Below are positions 44,913 through 56,818 of a stretch of 64,000 bases of DNA, one piece after another. The DNA lies in the NCBI GenBank assembly GCA_044229845.1, contig JBGASG010000008.1, forward strand, positions 64,001 through 128,000, read 5' to 3'. The translations under genes were made by a program, and so were the position numbers. The notes under the pieces were generated by a model. It worked only from the letters and a program-made list of their open reading frames with translations. It did not search any database and had not been told where the DNA came from. The DNA is from Candidatus Obscuribacteraceae bacterium (lineage in GTDB: Bacteria > Cyanobacteriota > Vampirovibrionia > Obscuribacterales > Obscuribacteraceae). Each line of letters begins with the position of its first letter. Position 1 is the stretch's first letter.

Positions 44913-46150
44913 TTGACGAACACGATCTCGCGCGACTTATCGATGGTGGCGAGCATACCTGAGATCTGCTGCGACAGATTGAGCGTCACTTCCTCGATCA
45001 CGCCCTTCTTGTTTTTCTTGTAGTCGGCATAGCGGGTGAGCAGATCGATCGGCTCACCGATATTGATGTAGATCAGTCGCGGACCTTTGACCGAAACTTC
45101 GCCGAAGACCTCGCTTTCGAAAAGCTCAACGACGTTGGACAAACGCTCTTGCGTAGTCGGCGGCGTCAGATACCCTTCGTAGATGGCAATGAATGCCACC
45201 ACGCGATCGAGATCGCGATAGAAGCGGCGGACTTTGGACGCCTTCTCTTCCCAGATTTTCCGCTGGTACGGAGGCAAATCGTCAGTATCGCCGTAGATAA
45301 AGTCATCCATGTTGTTGCGCAAGACGCGCACCCAATCAAGATGCGAGCCTTTGGGCGGCAACTCCACATCGAGAAATTCCGCCATCGTCCGCAGTGCCTC
45401 GGTCTTGACACGACTCATGCGGTCGTTCAACGTATCCGTCTTGAGTTTCTTGCAGTTGTATTCGCTCTCCAGCGTGCTGAGCACCACTTCCGAGGCGCGG
45501 CGCACCCGCTTGTAGAGCGACGTCTCGCCGTCTTCTTCAATGCCGACGCGTCGCTCGATCTTGAACATGCACCAGGAGAGACGTTCGGTAATGTCGTGCT
45601 TGTAAGTATATTTAAGTGCCACCGGTTGAATAAAAACTGGCTCGTCCGGTTTCGTCTTATGCAATTCATCAAGCGCCCAGTAGGACAGCTGCACGGCGCC
45701 GGTTTCCAGCGGCAATAACACGTCGTTCTGGCGCGAGATTTCGCCTTCCGGAAAGAGCACCAGTTTCTTCTTGTTCTGCACAATGATGTTCTTGGTGGTT
45801 TTAAAAGATTCGCGATCGACGGCGCCGCGCACCACCGAGTAGCAGCCCAGCTGTTGAAGAAACCAGCCGTTGAGCCCGTTGTTCCAATCAAACACTTCGC
45901 GCGCAGCGATGAAGTTGAACTCCTCATCGGCCATGTCGGCGAGCCCGAACATTACCTCCGGGTCATGCCGGTATGAATGGTTGGGGCAGACAACCGTGCG
46001 TTTTCCCTTCAGTTTTTTGAAACGCTCCAGCCCGTCGCCGACGACTTTCAGTTCGGCACCGTGCAATTTGAATTTGAGGACGAGGGGGAAAACCAGTTTG
46101 GTGAAATTGATGACAAATTCGTTGTCTTCAGGGGGTCTGAAATCTAGCAC
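44909..46150 (-). CDS. PlsC-family acyltransferase (cyanobacterial long type)
   Basis: CPNHSYRHD (HxxxxD), YSVVRG, LFPEG. Confidence 0.88.
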   Translation of the reverse strand: MLDFRPPEDNEFVINFTKLVFPLVLKFKLHGAELKVVGDGLERFKKLKGKRTVVCPNHSYRHDPEVMFGLADMADEEFNFIAAREVFDWNNGLNGWFLQQLGCYSVVRGAVDRESFKTTKNIIVQNKKKLVLFPEGEISRQNDVLLPLETGAVQLSYWALDELHKTKPDEPVFIQPVALKYTYKHDITERLSWCMFKIERRVGIEEDGETSLYKRVRRASEVVLSTLESEYNCKKLKTDTLNDRMSRVKTEALRTMAEFLDVELPPKGSHLDWVRVLRNNMDDFIYGDTDDLPPYQRKIWEEKASKVRRFYRDLDRVVAFIAIYEGYLTPPTTQERLSNVVELFESEVFGEVSVKGPRLIYINIGEPIDLLTRYADYKKNKKGVIEEVTLNLSQQISGMLATIDKSREIVFVN

Positions 46151-46862
46151 TTGCTTTAACCTGCGCCATTTTTAGTCCGCGATCTTTCGCAGTACATATT
46201 ATTTGCTTGGCAGCAGCAATTGTCTGATCTCCTATCCCATAACCTTCGTGGAGGACCACAACCGTTCCGGGAGCCAGCTTCCAGAGCACTCGCCGTACCA
46301 CTCTTTCTGTACCCGGTGCGCTCCAGTCCTCAGGCGCCGCCCCCCAGTAGACCGGCGTCATACTGCGTTCTTTCAGACAATCGCCGGCCCGCTGGTCCAT
46401 AAACCCGTAGGGCGCCCGGAAAAACGTCGGCGCCTCGCCGGTGACGTCCTCGATGGCACGATTGGTCCGTTCAATTTCTTCTTCCAGCGCCGGTGTGGGC
46501 AGCGAGAGCAGCCACGGGTGCGAGTAGCTATGGTTGGCGACTGTGTGTCCCGCCTTTCTGATACTCTGCACCAGCTCCGGGTGCCTTTCAACATGGCGCC
46601 CGATCAGGAAAAACATCGCCTGGACACCGTTTTCCTCGAGCAATTCCAGAAGGCGCGGCGTGGTATGCGGGTCCGGACCGTCATCGAAGGTCAAATAGAT
46701 GGGTGCCTCCGCCGCAGGAGATACGCCGCAGTGCCCGCCCCAGAATCCGTCCGGCAAAAGATTGCGCCCGACGCCGGTCAGAAAGTCGATTTTTGCGACC
46801 GAATATCGGTCGAATGCGGTTTCGGAAAAGGTCTGCAGTTGGGCGAGCCAGTTTGTTGCCAT
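46128..46862 (-). CDS. Polysaccharide deacetylase (CE4/NodB)
   Basis: TFDDGP, NHSYSH, FRAPYG, DW, VVLHE. Confidence 0.92.
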   Translation of the reverse strand: MATNWLAQLQTFSETAFDRYSVAKIDFLTGVGRNLLPDGFWGGHCGVSPAAEAPIYLTFDDGPDPHTTPRLLELLEENGVQAMFFLIGRHVERHPELVQSIRKAGHTVANHSYSHPWLLSLPTPALEEEIERTNRAIEDVTGEAPTFFRAPYGFMDQRAGDCLKERSMTPVYWGAAPEDWSAPGTERVVRRVLWKLAPGTVVVLHEGYGIGDQTIAAAKQIICTAKDRGLKMAQVKASARFQTP

Positions 46863-46986
46863 ATCAATTCAAGTCGATGTCGTAGCCTCACTTAACCGTT
46901 TTAGCACAGGGCACAGTCTGCCCACAGCCCAACCGAACATTCCGGCAAGTGTACGGAGGATACGGAGGCGTGCGAAAACCGACCCT

Positions 46987-47814
46987 TTAAGGCTGGGGAG
47001 CGAGGGCTGGCGTTGACAGGTGGGTGGTCGATTGAATCAGTCGATATATGATGCGGCGGGCTTCATCGCCCGGTTCGGTGCCGCGACGGTAGGCAATGGC
47101 TTCAATGGCGCTGGCGAAGGCATAGAAGCGCTCGAGCGGCATGTGGGTGGCTCGCGGATGCGGCAGCAGACTGCGCATATAGCCGCGCAGGTTCTCGGCT
47201 TCCGGTTCTTCCAGGGGCTGAATCAGCTCCAGAAGCGGGCGCATGGACTTGAGCGAGATCAGCGCCGTCTGGTAGACGAGGACATCGTGTGCCAGGGCAC
47301 GGTGCAGCAGCACGCATTCTTTGAGCGGCGCTTCCTTGTCGCCCGGAGCCGGCTTAATAGAATCGAGAAACGGCTCGTAAGCGTCGAATTCGTACCAGAT
47401 ATGACACAAAGAATCGACAGTCCCGGCTTCCGGGAAGGCAACCGGCAACAGCCCGAATATGTACGGGCGGGCGGCGCATTTGTCCACGTCTTTGGACGCG
47501 TTGAGCATGGCTCCAGACAGGCTGGGAGTCTGGATGACCGCAGTTTCTTTGAAATTGGTCGAACGGGTGGGGGTGAAGTTGACTTCTTTGACTGCGTACT
47601 CCTGGCAGAGGAGCACATCAAAAACCTTTTCGCCTTGCAGGTAGCCAAACTCAGCGGCAGCGGCGGCTCCGGCCACAAAGTGCACCAGAACCTCAGGGAT
47701 ATTTTTGCCCCACGAAACGTTGAGTATGCCTGTCACCTTCTCCAGGTTCAGGAACTGCATCACGTTGAATAGGGTGCCTTCCCGTACGGAAGTAATGTGG
47801 AAACTAATGCCCAC
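46987..47814 (-). CDS. Hypothetical protein with N-terminal DUF4388/PATAN-like domain
   Basis: LFNVMQFLNLEKVTGILNV...VHFVAG...AEFG.LQGEK resembles DUF4388. Confidence 0.55.
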   Translation of the reverse strand: MGISFHITSVREGTLFNVMQFLNLEKVTGILNVSWGKNIPEVLVHFVAGAAAAAEFGYLQGEKVFDVLLCQEYAVKEVNFTPTRSTNFKETAVIQTPSLSGAMLNASKDVDKCAARPYIFGLLPVAFPEAGTVDSLCHIWYEFDAYEPFLDSIKPAPGDKEAPLKECVLLHRALAHDVLVYQTALISLKSMRPLLELIQPLEEPEAENLRGYMRSLLPHPRATHMPLERFYAFASAIEAIAYRRGTEPGDEARRIIYRLIQSTTHLSTPALAPQP

Positions 47815-47972
47815 TTACGTTGATCCCTCAACCGCGCACGTAATTAACCAGCCTGCGTGCGTTGATTAAATTATACCCAGAGGCATGCGCCATAACCGTC
47901 CACGTCGCGTGTTTGGACATTTGGGTATGCGAAATACCCGCTTGGGAACCGACCGACTCGCCGGATCATCGA

Positions 47973-49508
47973 CTAGGGGCGGGATTTGAGCGCCTTGGCC
48001 ACTTCTTTGCGATCATCGAAATCGATCGTGCGGTCTGCAAGTATCTGATAATCTTCGTGCCCTTTACCTGCCACCACCACCACATCGACCGGTCGCGCGT
48101 TGCCGACCGCCAGCGCTATTGCTGAGGCTCGATCCGGTTCGACCGTGACAACCTTCATGCGGCTGATGCCGGCCAGGATGTTGGCAATAATTTGCTGCGG
48201 ATCTTCACTCCTGGGATTATCGGAAGTGACGATCACTTCGTCGGCGTGTGTTTCGGCTATCTGGGCCATCTGGGGGCGTTTGGAAGCGTCGCGATCGCCA
48301 CCACATCCGAAGACACAGATCAGCTTGCCGCCTTGAGGAACCAGTCCAGCTGCGGTTTTCAATACATTGTCCAGTCCATCCGGGGTATGGGCGTAGTCCA
48401 CGACCACCAGCGGCTCCGCTTCCCGTCCCGATGACACCACTTCGAAGCGTCCCGCCACACCGGAAAAGTTTTCCATCGCTTCTTTGATGACAGCGAGCGG
48501 CACGCCTTCGTGCAAGCAAATGGCAGCGGCAGCCATCGTGTTGTACATGTTGAAACGTCCGGTAAGCCTGAGCCGCATATCCAGCGGTCCGGCAGGCGTA
48601 TTGAGCGAAAGTTCGGTAATGCCCTGCCAGTACTTCATCGACTTCACGTGCAGGTCGGCAGGCGCGTTCCAACCGTAGGTAAGCAACTTGACGCCGCCAT
48701 CGCCGGCGGTACCATTAGCAGCTTTGATTGTCTGGCTGAACTCGCCTACCAGCGGTTCGTCGGCATTGAGAACGGCGGCGCGATTTTTCTGATGCCCGCC
48801 GGCGATATCTTCGAAGAGCAGCCGCTTGGCGCGCCAGTAATTCTCCATGGTCTTGTGAAAGTCGAGGTGATCCTGCGTGACGTTGGTCAGACAGGCGACC
48901 GCAAAGTCGCAGCCGGCAACGCGCTTCTGCACGAGCGCATGGCTCGATACTTCCATTGAGACGTGCGTGCATGTCGCATCAGCCATCTCGCCCAACAACC
49001 GTTGCAGGTCGGAGGAGAAAGGCGTCGTGTGCTTGACGTCCGTATAACTCTCGTTGGCGGTGGAACGGGCACCGAGCGTGCCAATGAGCCCACAGCGCTG
49101 ACCGGCATGATTGAGAATGTGCTGGACCAGATGGGTGGTCGTCGTCTTGCCGTTAGTGCCGGTGACGGCAATCAGCCGCAGGCGCTGGCTGGGATTGCCG
49201 TAGAATTGAGCCGCCACCACCCCCAGTGCCAGGCGCACATCCGACACAATCACTTGCGGCACCGAAGCGTCTTCAAACGGCTTTTCGGTGATCACGACCG
49301 CAGCCCCACTGGCAACGGCATCGCGGATGAATTGATTGCCGTCGAAGTTCTGTCCAGGCATGCAGAAAAAAGCATCTCCGGAATGCACCTTTCGCGAATC
49401 GAAGGAAATTCCGGAGATTGATAGCTTAGTTTCGTCGATGCCGATATATCTCGGCTTGAGCTGGGCCAGCGAATCTGCCATAAAAACGGAAACGGGAGTT
49501 TGCGTCAT
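47973..49508 (-). CDS. murE: UDP-MurNAc-dipeptide--meso-DAP ligase
   Basis: VTGTNGKTT, MEVSSH, TQDHLDFH, DYAHTPD, GCGGDRD, TSDNPR (DAP specificity), AGKGHE. Confidence 0.97.
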   Translation of the reverse strand: MTQTPVSVFMADSLAQLKPRYIGIDETKLSISGISFDSRKVHSGDAFFCMPGQNFDGNQFIRDAVASGAAVVITEKPFEDASVPQVIVSDVRLALGVVAAQFYGNPSQRLRLIAVTGTNGKTTTTHLVQHILNHAGQRCGLIGTLGARSTANESYTDVKHTTPFSSDLQRLLGEMADATCTHVSMEVSSHALVQKRVAGCDFAVACLTNVTQDHLDFHKTMENYWRAKRLLFEDIAGGHQKNRAAVLNADEPLVGEFSQTIKAANGTAGDGGVKLLTYGWNAPADLHVKSMKYWQGITELSLNTPAGPLDMRLRLTGRFNMYNTMAAAAICLHEGVPLAVIKEAMENFSGVAGRFEVVSSGREAEPLVVVDYAHTPDGLDNVLKTAAGLVPQGGKLICVFGCGGDRDASKRPQMAQIAETHADEVIVTSDNPRSEDPQQIIANILAGISRMKVVTVEPDRASAIALAVGNARPVDVVVVAGKGHEDYQILADRTIDFDDRKEVAKALKSRP

Positions 49509-49798
49509 TAACCTTTGGCCGGCGCGGCAGCTGCTTCATCAGCATCGGGGAGCAGATCGATAGTAACCATCTTGTGACCGCGCGATTCGTAGAAACGCAC
49601 CAGTCCATGAGCCACGGCGTACAGCGAATCATCGCCGGCGCGACGGACGTTTGGACCCGGATGAATCTTGGTTCCGCGCTGGCGAACGATGATGCCGCCT
49701 GAGAGAACGAATTCACCGCCGTAGCGTTTCACGCCGAGACGCTTCGGGTTGGAGTCTCTGCCGTTTCTTGTAGAACCTGCGCCTTTCTTATGTGCCAT
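49508..49798 (-). CDS. rpmA: 50S ribosomal protein L27
   Basis: [24 protein letters not shown]. Confidence 0.98.
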   Translation of the reverse strand: MAHKKGAGSTRNGRDSNPKRLGVKRYGGEFVLSGGIIVRQRGTKIHPGPNVRRAGDDSLYAVAHGLVRFYESRGHKMVTIDLLPDADEAAAAPAKG

Positions 49799-49843
49799 AA
49801 GAACATCACATCCTTTGTATAAGCAGCGAACTTAGCTTTGCAG

Positions 49844-50356
49844 CTATTCGCCCTTCTTCTTAGCGGGGGCCTTTTTGTCTTTGGCTTCGCCTTTGGCGGG
49901 AGCCTTGGTTTCAGCTTTCTTAGCTGATGCCTTTTCTTCAGACTTAGGAGCGGCATCTTTCTCTTTCTTCGGAGCGGCAGGAGCCGACTCTTTGTGCGAG
50001 GTCGCCGATTTGCCTTTGTCAGTCGCTTCGCTCACGACTTTGTCGTTGAGCTTGATCGAATTGATGAAGATGCGGGTGTAACCCTGGCGGTGACCGGTGC
50101 GCTTACGAGTACCTTTCTTGGGGCGATACTTATAAACGACCAGCTTCGGTCCTTTGCCGTGCGAGATGATTTTGCCGGTTACTTTGGCGCCATCAACGAA
50201 CGGTGCACCGATAGTGGAATCCTTGCCGTTTACGATGGCGAGGACTTTGTCGAACACAAACTCTTGGTCAGGTTCAGCGGAAACCAGCTCTACGTCCACG
50301 TAACGACCGGACTCTAACTGGTATTGTCTGCCACCTGCTTCTACAACAGCGTACAT
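49844..50356 (-). CDS. rplU: 50S ribosomal protein L21 with Lys/Ala-rich C-terminal extension
   Basis: MYAVVEAGGRQY, GAPFVDGAKV, GHRQGYT; adjacent to rpmA. Confidence 0.97.
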   Translation of the reverse strand: MYAVVEAGGRQYQLESGRYVDVELVSAEPDQEFVFDKVLAIVNGKDSTIGAPFVDGAKVTGKIISHGKGPKLVVYKYRPKKGTRKRTGHRQGYTRIFINSIKLNDKVVSEATDKGKSATSHKESAPAAPKKEKDAAPKSEEKASAKKAETKAPAKGEAKDKKAPAKKKGE

Positions 50357-50658
50357 AATCACTCCGACTCAGCAATGCGGGAGGACGAAAAATCGCGCCC
50401 TCGATCAATAGGCGTCCACATATAGGACAAGCAAACGGTGATGGTACCAATTTACGTTGTCGAGGTCAAATGGGCAGGCGTTCTCGGGAGCTTTTGCCGC
50501 AATGTAAGTTACATTATAAAAACAGTAGCAAAGTCGAAGGTCGTCGAACGCCAGCCGATCCTGACAATGACAGCTAGAATTTCACTGTCGAGCCCGAAGA
50601 AAATTCGCTCGGCACAACTAAGAAAACATCGCTTGACTACCGGAATAAACGAAGCACC

Positions 50659-50841
50659 ATGGCAGCTGATGCGGTTAAAGAAGACGAATTAGGGCGCAGC
50701 AAACATGCGGCAACGCCGCGCGAGCATCTGCAGCACCTGATCAACATCGGCTGGGACCCGCGCAGCCCCTTAATCTACAAGTACGTCACGCAGCACGGAC
50801 TGCAGCGCGAACTGGAAGAACTCGTTCGGGCATTGAGATAA
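50659..50841 (+). CDS. Small hypothetical protein
   Basis: ATG-start 60-aa ORF with protein-like composition upstream of the peroxiredoxin gene. Confidence 0.55.
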   Translation: MAADAVKEDELGRSKHAATPREHLQHLINIGWDPRSPLIYKYVTQHGLQRELEELVRALR

Positions 50842-50929
50842 AAACATTAAAGCTGCCTGATTGGATGCGCCGCCGGGATAGAATGCCCGGCGTAGATATT
50901 CTTTTTCTCGCTGTTTGGAGTACGTGTAG

Positions 50930-51469
50930 ATGTTGCAAGTAGGCAAGAAAGCTCCTGATTTTGATATGCCTTCGACCAAAGATATGAAAGGTCTGAAGGA
51001 AAACGTCCGCTTGGCCGATTACAAAGGCAAATGGCTGGTTCTTTTCTTCTATCCGCTGGATTTCACTTTCGTCTGCCCGACGGAAATCAAAGCCTTCAGC
51101 GACAGAATGGAAGAGTTCAAGAAAGCCGGTGCTGAAATCGTCGCAGTCTCCACAGACAGCGCATACAGCCACCGTGCATGGATCCAAACCGCTCCCGATA
51201 AGGGCGGTCTGGGCGACATCAAATACCCGCTCGCTTCCGACATCACCAAAGATGTCAGCCGCGATTACGGCGTTCTGATCGAAGACAAAGGCATCGCCCT
51301 GCGCGGTCTGTTCGTCATCGACCAAGAAGGCATCCTGCAATATCAAGTCGTGCATGCGCTCAACATCGGACGCAGCGTCGACGAAACATTGCGCGTACTG
51401 GAAGCCTTGAAACAAGGCGGACTGTGCGGAGCTGACTGGAAACCGGGCCAAAAGCCGCTCCAAGTCTAA
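50930..51469 (+). CDS. ahpC: 2-Cys peroxiredoxin (AhpC/TSA family)
   Basis: [29 protein letters not shown], resolving Cys in LCGADW. Confidence 0.93.
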   Translation: MLQVGKKAPDFDMPSTKDMKGLKENVRLADYKGKWLVLFFYPLDFTFVCPTEIKAFSDRMEEFKKAGAEIVAVSTDSAYSHRAWIQTAPDKGGLGDIKYPLASDITKDVSRDYGVLIEDKGIALRGLFVIDQEGILQYQVVHALNIGRSVDETLRVLEALKQGGLCGADWKPGQKPLQV

Positions 51470-51494
51470 GACCTCAAGTTCATACAAGGGAAAA

Positions 51495-51537
51495 GCGAAC
51501 ATTCGCAGAGTTTAGGCTTTGCGAATGTCGCATTTTT
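51495..51537 (+). terminator. Terminator-like hairpin after the peroxiredoxin gene
   Basis: ACATTCGCA...TGCGAATGT stem followed by CGCATTTTT. Confidence 0.6.
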
Positions 51538-51649
51538 CGGGACATGATCTAGTTCATCCCGCGCGGGATCGCGTACAATTTCTCATCACGTTCATACGCA
51601 GGATTGAGCCCCCAGCATCTTTCCGTAAGCCGCTCCCCAGGAGGTCGTC

Positions 51650-52120
51650 ATGCCACTTCGAATGGACACACCATTGCCGTCACTGGAAGGTGGAACCGAC
51701 TGGTTCAATTCCGAACCGATCACCAACGACCAGTTGAAGGGGCACACCGTGCTCATCCACTTCTGGTCGATCAGCTGCGGCATCTGCAAGGAATCGCTGC
51801 CCGACATCACTCGCTGGATCGAAGAGTACGGTCCAAAGGGTTTGAAAGTTGTCTCTATTCATATGCCGAGACAAGAATCAGACACCAATGTCGAAGCCGT
51901 CAAAGAAGCCATCGAGTACTACGAAGTCAAACAACCCTGCGTAGTCGACAACTGGCATACGATCACCGATGCCTTTGAAAACAAGTTCGTCCCAGCATTC
52001 TATGTTTTCGACAATGAAGGCAAGATGCGTGATTTCAAAGCCGGCGAGAAAGCCATCAAGATGGTAGAGCCGGTTCTCGAGCGCTTGCTCAATGCTAAGC
52101 AAGAGCAGCCCGCCACTTAA
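51650..52120 (+). CDS. Thiol-disulfide oxidoreductase (YkuV/TlpA-like redoxin)
   Basis: HFWSISCGIC CxxC motif, HMPR, VPAFYVFD; GGAGG RBS. Confidence 0.9.
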   Translation: MPLRMDTPLPSLEGGTDWFNSEPITNDQLKGHTVLIHFWSISCGICKESLPDITRWIEEYGPKGLKVVSIHMPRQESDTNVEAVKEAIEYYEVKQPCVVDNWHTITDAFENKFVPAFYVFDNEGKMRDFKAGEKAIKMVEPVLERLLNAKQEQPAT

Positions 52121-52167
52121 ATACCTATACCGACCCCAGTTAAATACCTCGCCGGGAGAGAAGCAAA

Positions 52168-53484
<1,317 letters not shown>

Positions 53485-53513
53485 ACCTCAGCCGTCACGG
53501 GTATGTTCCATAC

Positions 53514-55421
53514 ATGACGGACAGCGACTCGATTACCGACCGGCTGTTTGACGGCAAATATGTCTTACTCGGCCGAGCGGGAGAAGGCGGGCACGGCGAA
53601 GTTATGCGCGCCCTCGACCGCGACCTCGACCGCATCGTGGCCATCAAAATGCTCACCAGAGGGCATGCTCAAAAGCCTCATGCCATCAACCGCCTGCAAC
53701 GGGAGGCGCTGCTCCTCAGCAAGCTGGATCACCCCAATATCGCCCGCGTTTACTCCTTCGCAGTGACACCAGAAGGGACGCCCTATCTGGTCATGGAGTA
53801 TCTGCAAGCAAATACACTCTCGCAGCGTATTGCATCAAGCGGCACCTTTTCCATTGAGGACTGGAGCGTGGTGGCAAGACAGCTGTGCGATGCAATTTCA
53901 TACGCGCATGCACAAAACGTCATCCACCGCGACATCAAACCGCAAAACATATTACTCGTGCAGGCAGAAGGTCCGGGCGGAGCCGCCGCCGGTGGATTTT
54001 TCGTCAAGCTGGTCGACTTCGGCATGGCCAAACCCGCCGACTCCGAACCGACTTCACTGATCACCACAGGCAGCAACCCCAATATCGGCACGCCGATTTA
54101 CGCCAGCCCCGAGCAATATGGTGCCGGTCACATCGATCACCGCACAGACATCTATTCTCTGTCTTGCGTTTTTTATGAAATGCTGGCCGGCAAACCGCCT
54201 TACGTTGGCGGCACAGTCTTTGAAACCATGATGTACAAACTGGAGACGACCGCTCCGTTGATCCCGGCACTCGTGTACTATCCGGCTCTGGAAGCGGCGC
54301 TCTTGAAAGGACTCTCTCCAAAGTCGGAGGATCGTTTTCAGACCATCAATGAATATCGCGAAGCGATCGAAGCGGCATTGCAGGCTCCGGCATCTTCACG
54401 GCAGCAGTCCAATAATAAGGCAAAGCTGCGTCTGCCACGCGTTTCAAAGCTGAGCACCGTCACTTTCGCAGTCATCCTGTCTGCCCTCGTCGCCATCGGA
54501 TGTCTGGCCTATTTGCAAACTCGTCCCGGCAGTGACACCACCGGCGACGGCGAAGTACACTACGCCACCTGGAAGGATGCCCTCAAAGAGGCGCAAGCCG
54601 TCTCCGACCTGTATGTCGTCAGCAGGCTCCCCGAGGACGGCTTTCGAGCTGGTAAGACATTCGAGCAGGCAATTCTTGTCGCCGATCGCACGGCACGCGA
54701 GGTCGATCCGCAACTGCGGTTCGCATCGCCGTCCGATCAGCAACTGCATCTCGACCGCATCGATGCACGCCTGCACGCGGCCCGTTTCTATCTGAGAAGC
54801 AGTAACTTTGTAGAAAATCGAGTAGTCATGGCGAAACGCTTTTTGCGAGAAGCCGGCAACATCATTGACGAGTTGCAGTCCAACCAGTTTCCGCTGACAG
54901 CAGATTTGATGCGGCGCAACTGGATTTTGCTGGACGCCCTCTCCTTCGGCTATCTGGAGCACGAAGAAGCGGAGAAAGCGCAGCCATACGCTGAGAATTC
55001 GCTGCAGTTGAGAATAGATGGTGGCGGCACAGAAACCGATTTGTTTTGGGGACGCCAGAGGTTGGCTGAAACAATGCTCGGACAGTCCAACTTTGACGGT
55101 GCACTACCGCTGGTGACAACCAATCTGGAAGACCTCCGCAAGGGCGGCATCATTACTAAAGATGTGGAAGCAGTCTGGGCGCAAAACCTGATCTTGTGGA
55201 ATCAGGCCAAATATCACCAGATCGGCGCCACGAAAGTGCTGAGTTCCTGCGAAGAGTGGCTTCCCCCCGGCTGCGTCGACAAGGAAGCAATACACCTGGT
55301 CATGACGGGCACGCTAGTGGGCCGCAAAGCTAATGCAGAACTGTGTAAGCAGTGGGGCTTCCAACTGCCTACAGGCAATCAGGTGCGCATATTCATTTCT
55401 CCGCCACGAGACCAGATTTGA
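53514..55421 (+). CDS. Hanks-type Ser/Thr kinase with TM helix and TPR-like domain
   Basis: GEGGHG, VAIK, HRDIKPQN, DFG, GTPIYASPEQ; TM helix. Confidence 0.92.
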   Translation: MTDSDSITDRLFDGKYVLLGRAGEGGHGEVMRALDRDLDRIVAIKMLTRGHAQKPHAINRLQREALLLSKLDHPNIARVYSFAVTPEGTPYLVMEYLQANTLSQRIASSGTFSIEDWSVVARQLCDAISYAHAQNVIHRDIKPQNILLVQAEGPGGAAAGGFFVKLVDFGMAKPADSEPTSLITTGSNPNIGTPIYASPEQYGAGHIDHRTDIYSLSCVFYEMLAGKPPYVGGTVFETMMYKLETTAPLIPALVYYPALEAALLKGLSPKSEDRFQTINEYREAIEAALQAPASSRQQSNNKAKLRLPRVSKLSTVTFAVILSALVAIGCLAYLQTRPGSDTTGDGEVHYATWKDALKEAQAVSDLYVVSRLPEDGFRAGKTFEQAILVADRTAREVDPQLRFASPSDQQLHLDRIDARLHAARFYLRSSNFVENRVVMAKRFLREAGNIIDELQSNQFPLTADLMRRNWILLDALSFGYLEHEEAEKAQPYAENSLQLRIDGGGTETDLFWGRQRLAETMLGQSNFDGALPLVTTNLEDLRKGGIITKDVEAVWAQNLILWNQAKYHQIGATKVLSSCEEWLPPGCVDKEAIHLVMTGTLVGRKANAELCKQWGFQLPTGNQVRIFISPPRDQI

Positions 55422-56163
55422 GTTCGCATCTGAGCACCGCTCGCGCAACGGAAAGTCCCGCGACTCGTTTGGCTCCGGCTTTCATAAGGGTGCGTGCCGC
55501 CTCCGACATGGTGGCACCGGATGTGTAAATGTCGTCGACGATCACGACCGTGCAGTCTGCAAGAGTTTCTCCCTGACGCAGCACCTTGCCGATACCGTCG
55601 TCAACTGAAAACGCCGCCTCCATATTGACTCGCCGCTCTTCTCTCGACAAAAGGTGATGGGCGTTGGTGGCGCGCGAGCGCTTCAGCAATCCGCGCACCA
55701 GCCTGGGAGGGCTCAGCACTGGCGATTGGCGACCGGTTTCAGTCCGCCGCAGTCGGCGCAGCATCTCTTGCGACAGAAGTTCCGCCTGGTTGAAACGACG
55801 TCGATACTGGCGTCGCCAGTGGAGCGGCACCGGCACTATCAAACAAGCCGAATCCGTCATTTCTCCCGCCAGTTGCTCGAAAGCTCGGCACAGCGGCTGC
55901 GACAGGTCTCGTGCGATCAAGCGATCGTTGTCGTACTTCAAGTGATACAACAGTTTCTTTGCCAGTCCATCATAGGCGGTGCCCGACGCCAGCGGGAACG
56001 CCCGCGAGTCATCCAGCGGCACCCATTCATATGAGGGCGCATCCGCGCTCAATTCGCTCCAGCAGCTTTCGCAAACAGTCAGTGTATGCGAGCGCGATGA
56101 TATGGGGCGATGGCAGCCGCGACAGTTTTCGCAGCAGAGAAAACCAAACAGAGTTTCCAGCAT
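55393..56163 (-). CDS. comF: ComF family phosphoribosyltransferase-like competence protein
   Basis: N-terminal CxxC..CxxC, LKY, VPVPLH, FNQAELL, VDDIYTSGAT. Start trimmed to MLETL. Confidence 0.9.
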   Translation of the reverse strand: MLETLFGFLCCENCRGCHRPISSRSHTLTVCESCWSELSADAPSYEWVPLDDSRAFPLASGTAYDGLAKKLLYHLKYDNDRLIARDLSQPLCRAFEQLAGEMTDSACLIVPVPLHWRRQYRRRFNQAELLSQEMLRRLRRTETGRQSPVLSPPRLVRGLLKRSRATNAHHLLSREERRVNMEAAFSVDDGIGKVLRQGETLADCTVVIVDDIYTSGATMSEAARTLMKAGAKRVAGLSVARAVLRCELKSGLVAEK

Positions 56164-56266
56164 CTCAGTACCCCGTCTTCGCTCAGACCAGATTAAAGCC
56201 TTATCTGTATACGACGGAGCCGGCAAAATAGTTCAATTCAAATAGTTCAGGAGGGTGCTGTTTCCT

Positions 56267-56379
56267 CTTAGGGCAAATCAACACTAGTGTTTAAAAACTG
56301 GTAGCACGGCGGATGCGAGAAAGCCCACGAAAACACATTCGTTCGACAGATTTAAACAGAAGTGTTGATTTGCCCTAAG
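56267..56379. mobile_element. MITE-like element with 19-bp perfect terminal inverted repeats
   Basis: CTTAGGGCAAATCAACACT (56267-56285) / AGTGTTGATTTGCCCTAAG (56361-56379); inner TGTTTAAA/TTTAAACA; no ORF. Confidence 0.55.
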
Positions 56380-56407
56380 GAGCAAATGACACCCCTGCCT
56401 CCAGAGA

Positions 56408-56659
56408 CTACGAACCGATGATGTGCTGCAAAACCCGCCCCATCAAATAGATGCCGCCGGAAGCGATGCCGGCCATCACCCACAAGGTCAACAATCCGAG
56501 CAGGAAGAATGCCACGCGATTGAACTTCTGATTAGGTCGGGGCGGACTGTAGTCGATTTCAGGGAGAGGCTCGTGCTCGGCGGGTTCCAAGGCTGAATCA
56601 GGCGCGGGCTCTATCAGAGCCTCATCTACTGTTTCTTCTTTGTCCTGATCCGGGTTCAC
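56408..56659 (-). CDS. Small protein with acidic N-terminus and C-terminal TM helix
   Basis: 83-aa ORF with one hydrophobic segment. Confidence 0.6.
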   Translation of the reverse strand: MNPDQDKEETVDEALIEPAPDSALEPAEHEPLPEIDYSPPRPNQKFNRVAFFLLGLLTLWVMAGIASGGIYLMGRVLQHIIGS

Positions 56660-56818
56660 AAGATTTTCACGATAGCCGACTATTATCGATCAGTACTTTC
56701 GCGCCCAACTTCAACAGCTTACCAACAAGTTATAGCAGCGAGTGCTTTTTGCTGCGCGTCGATACGGCTCGCTGCTTTCGTTTCATGCCCTGCAATGAGA
56801 ATGCCTTGCCAGGTGGAA

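Noticed and set aside
50930..52120. Peroxiredoxin plus redoxin pair as a novel system
   Set aside because: Matches the known Bacillus ykuU-ykuV type arrangement.
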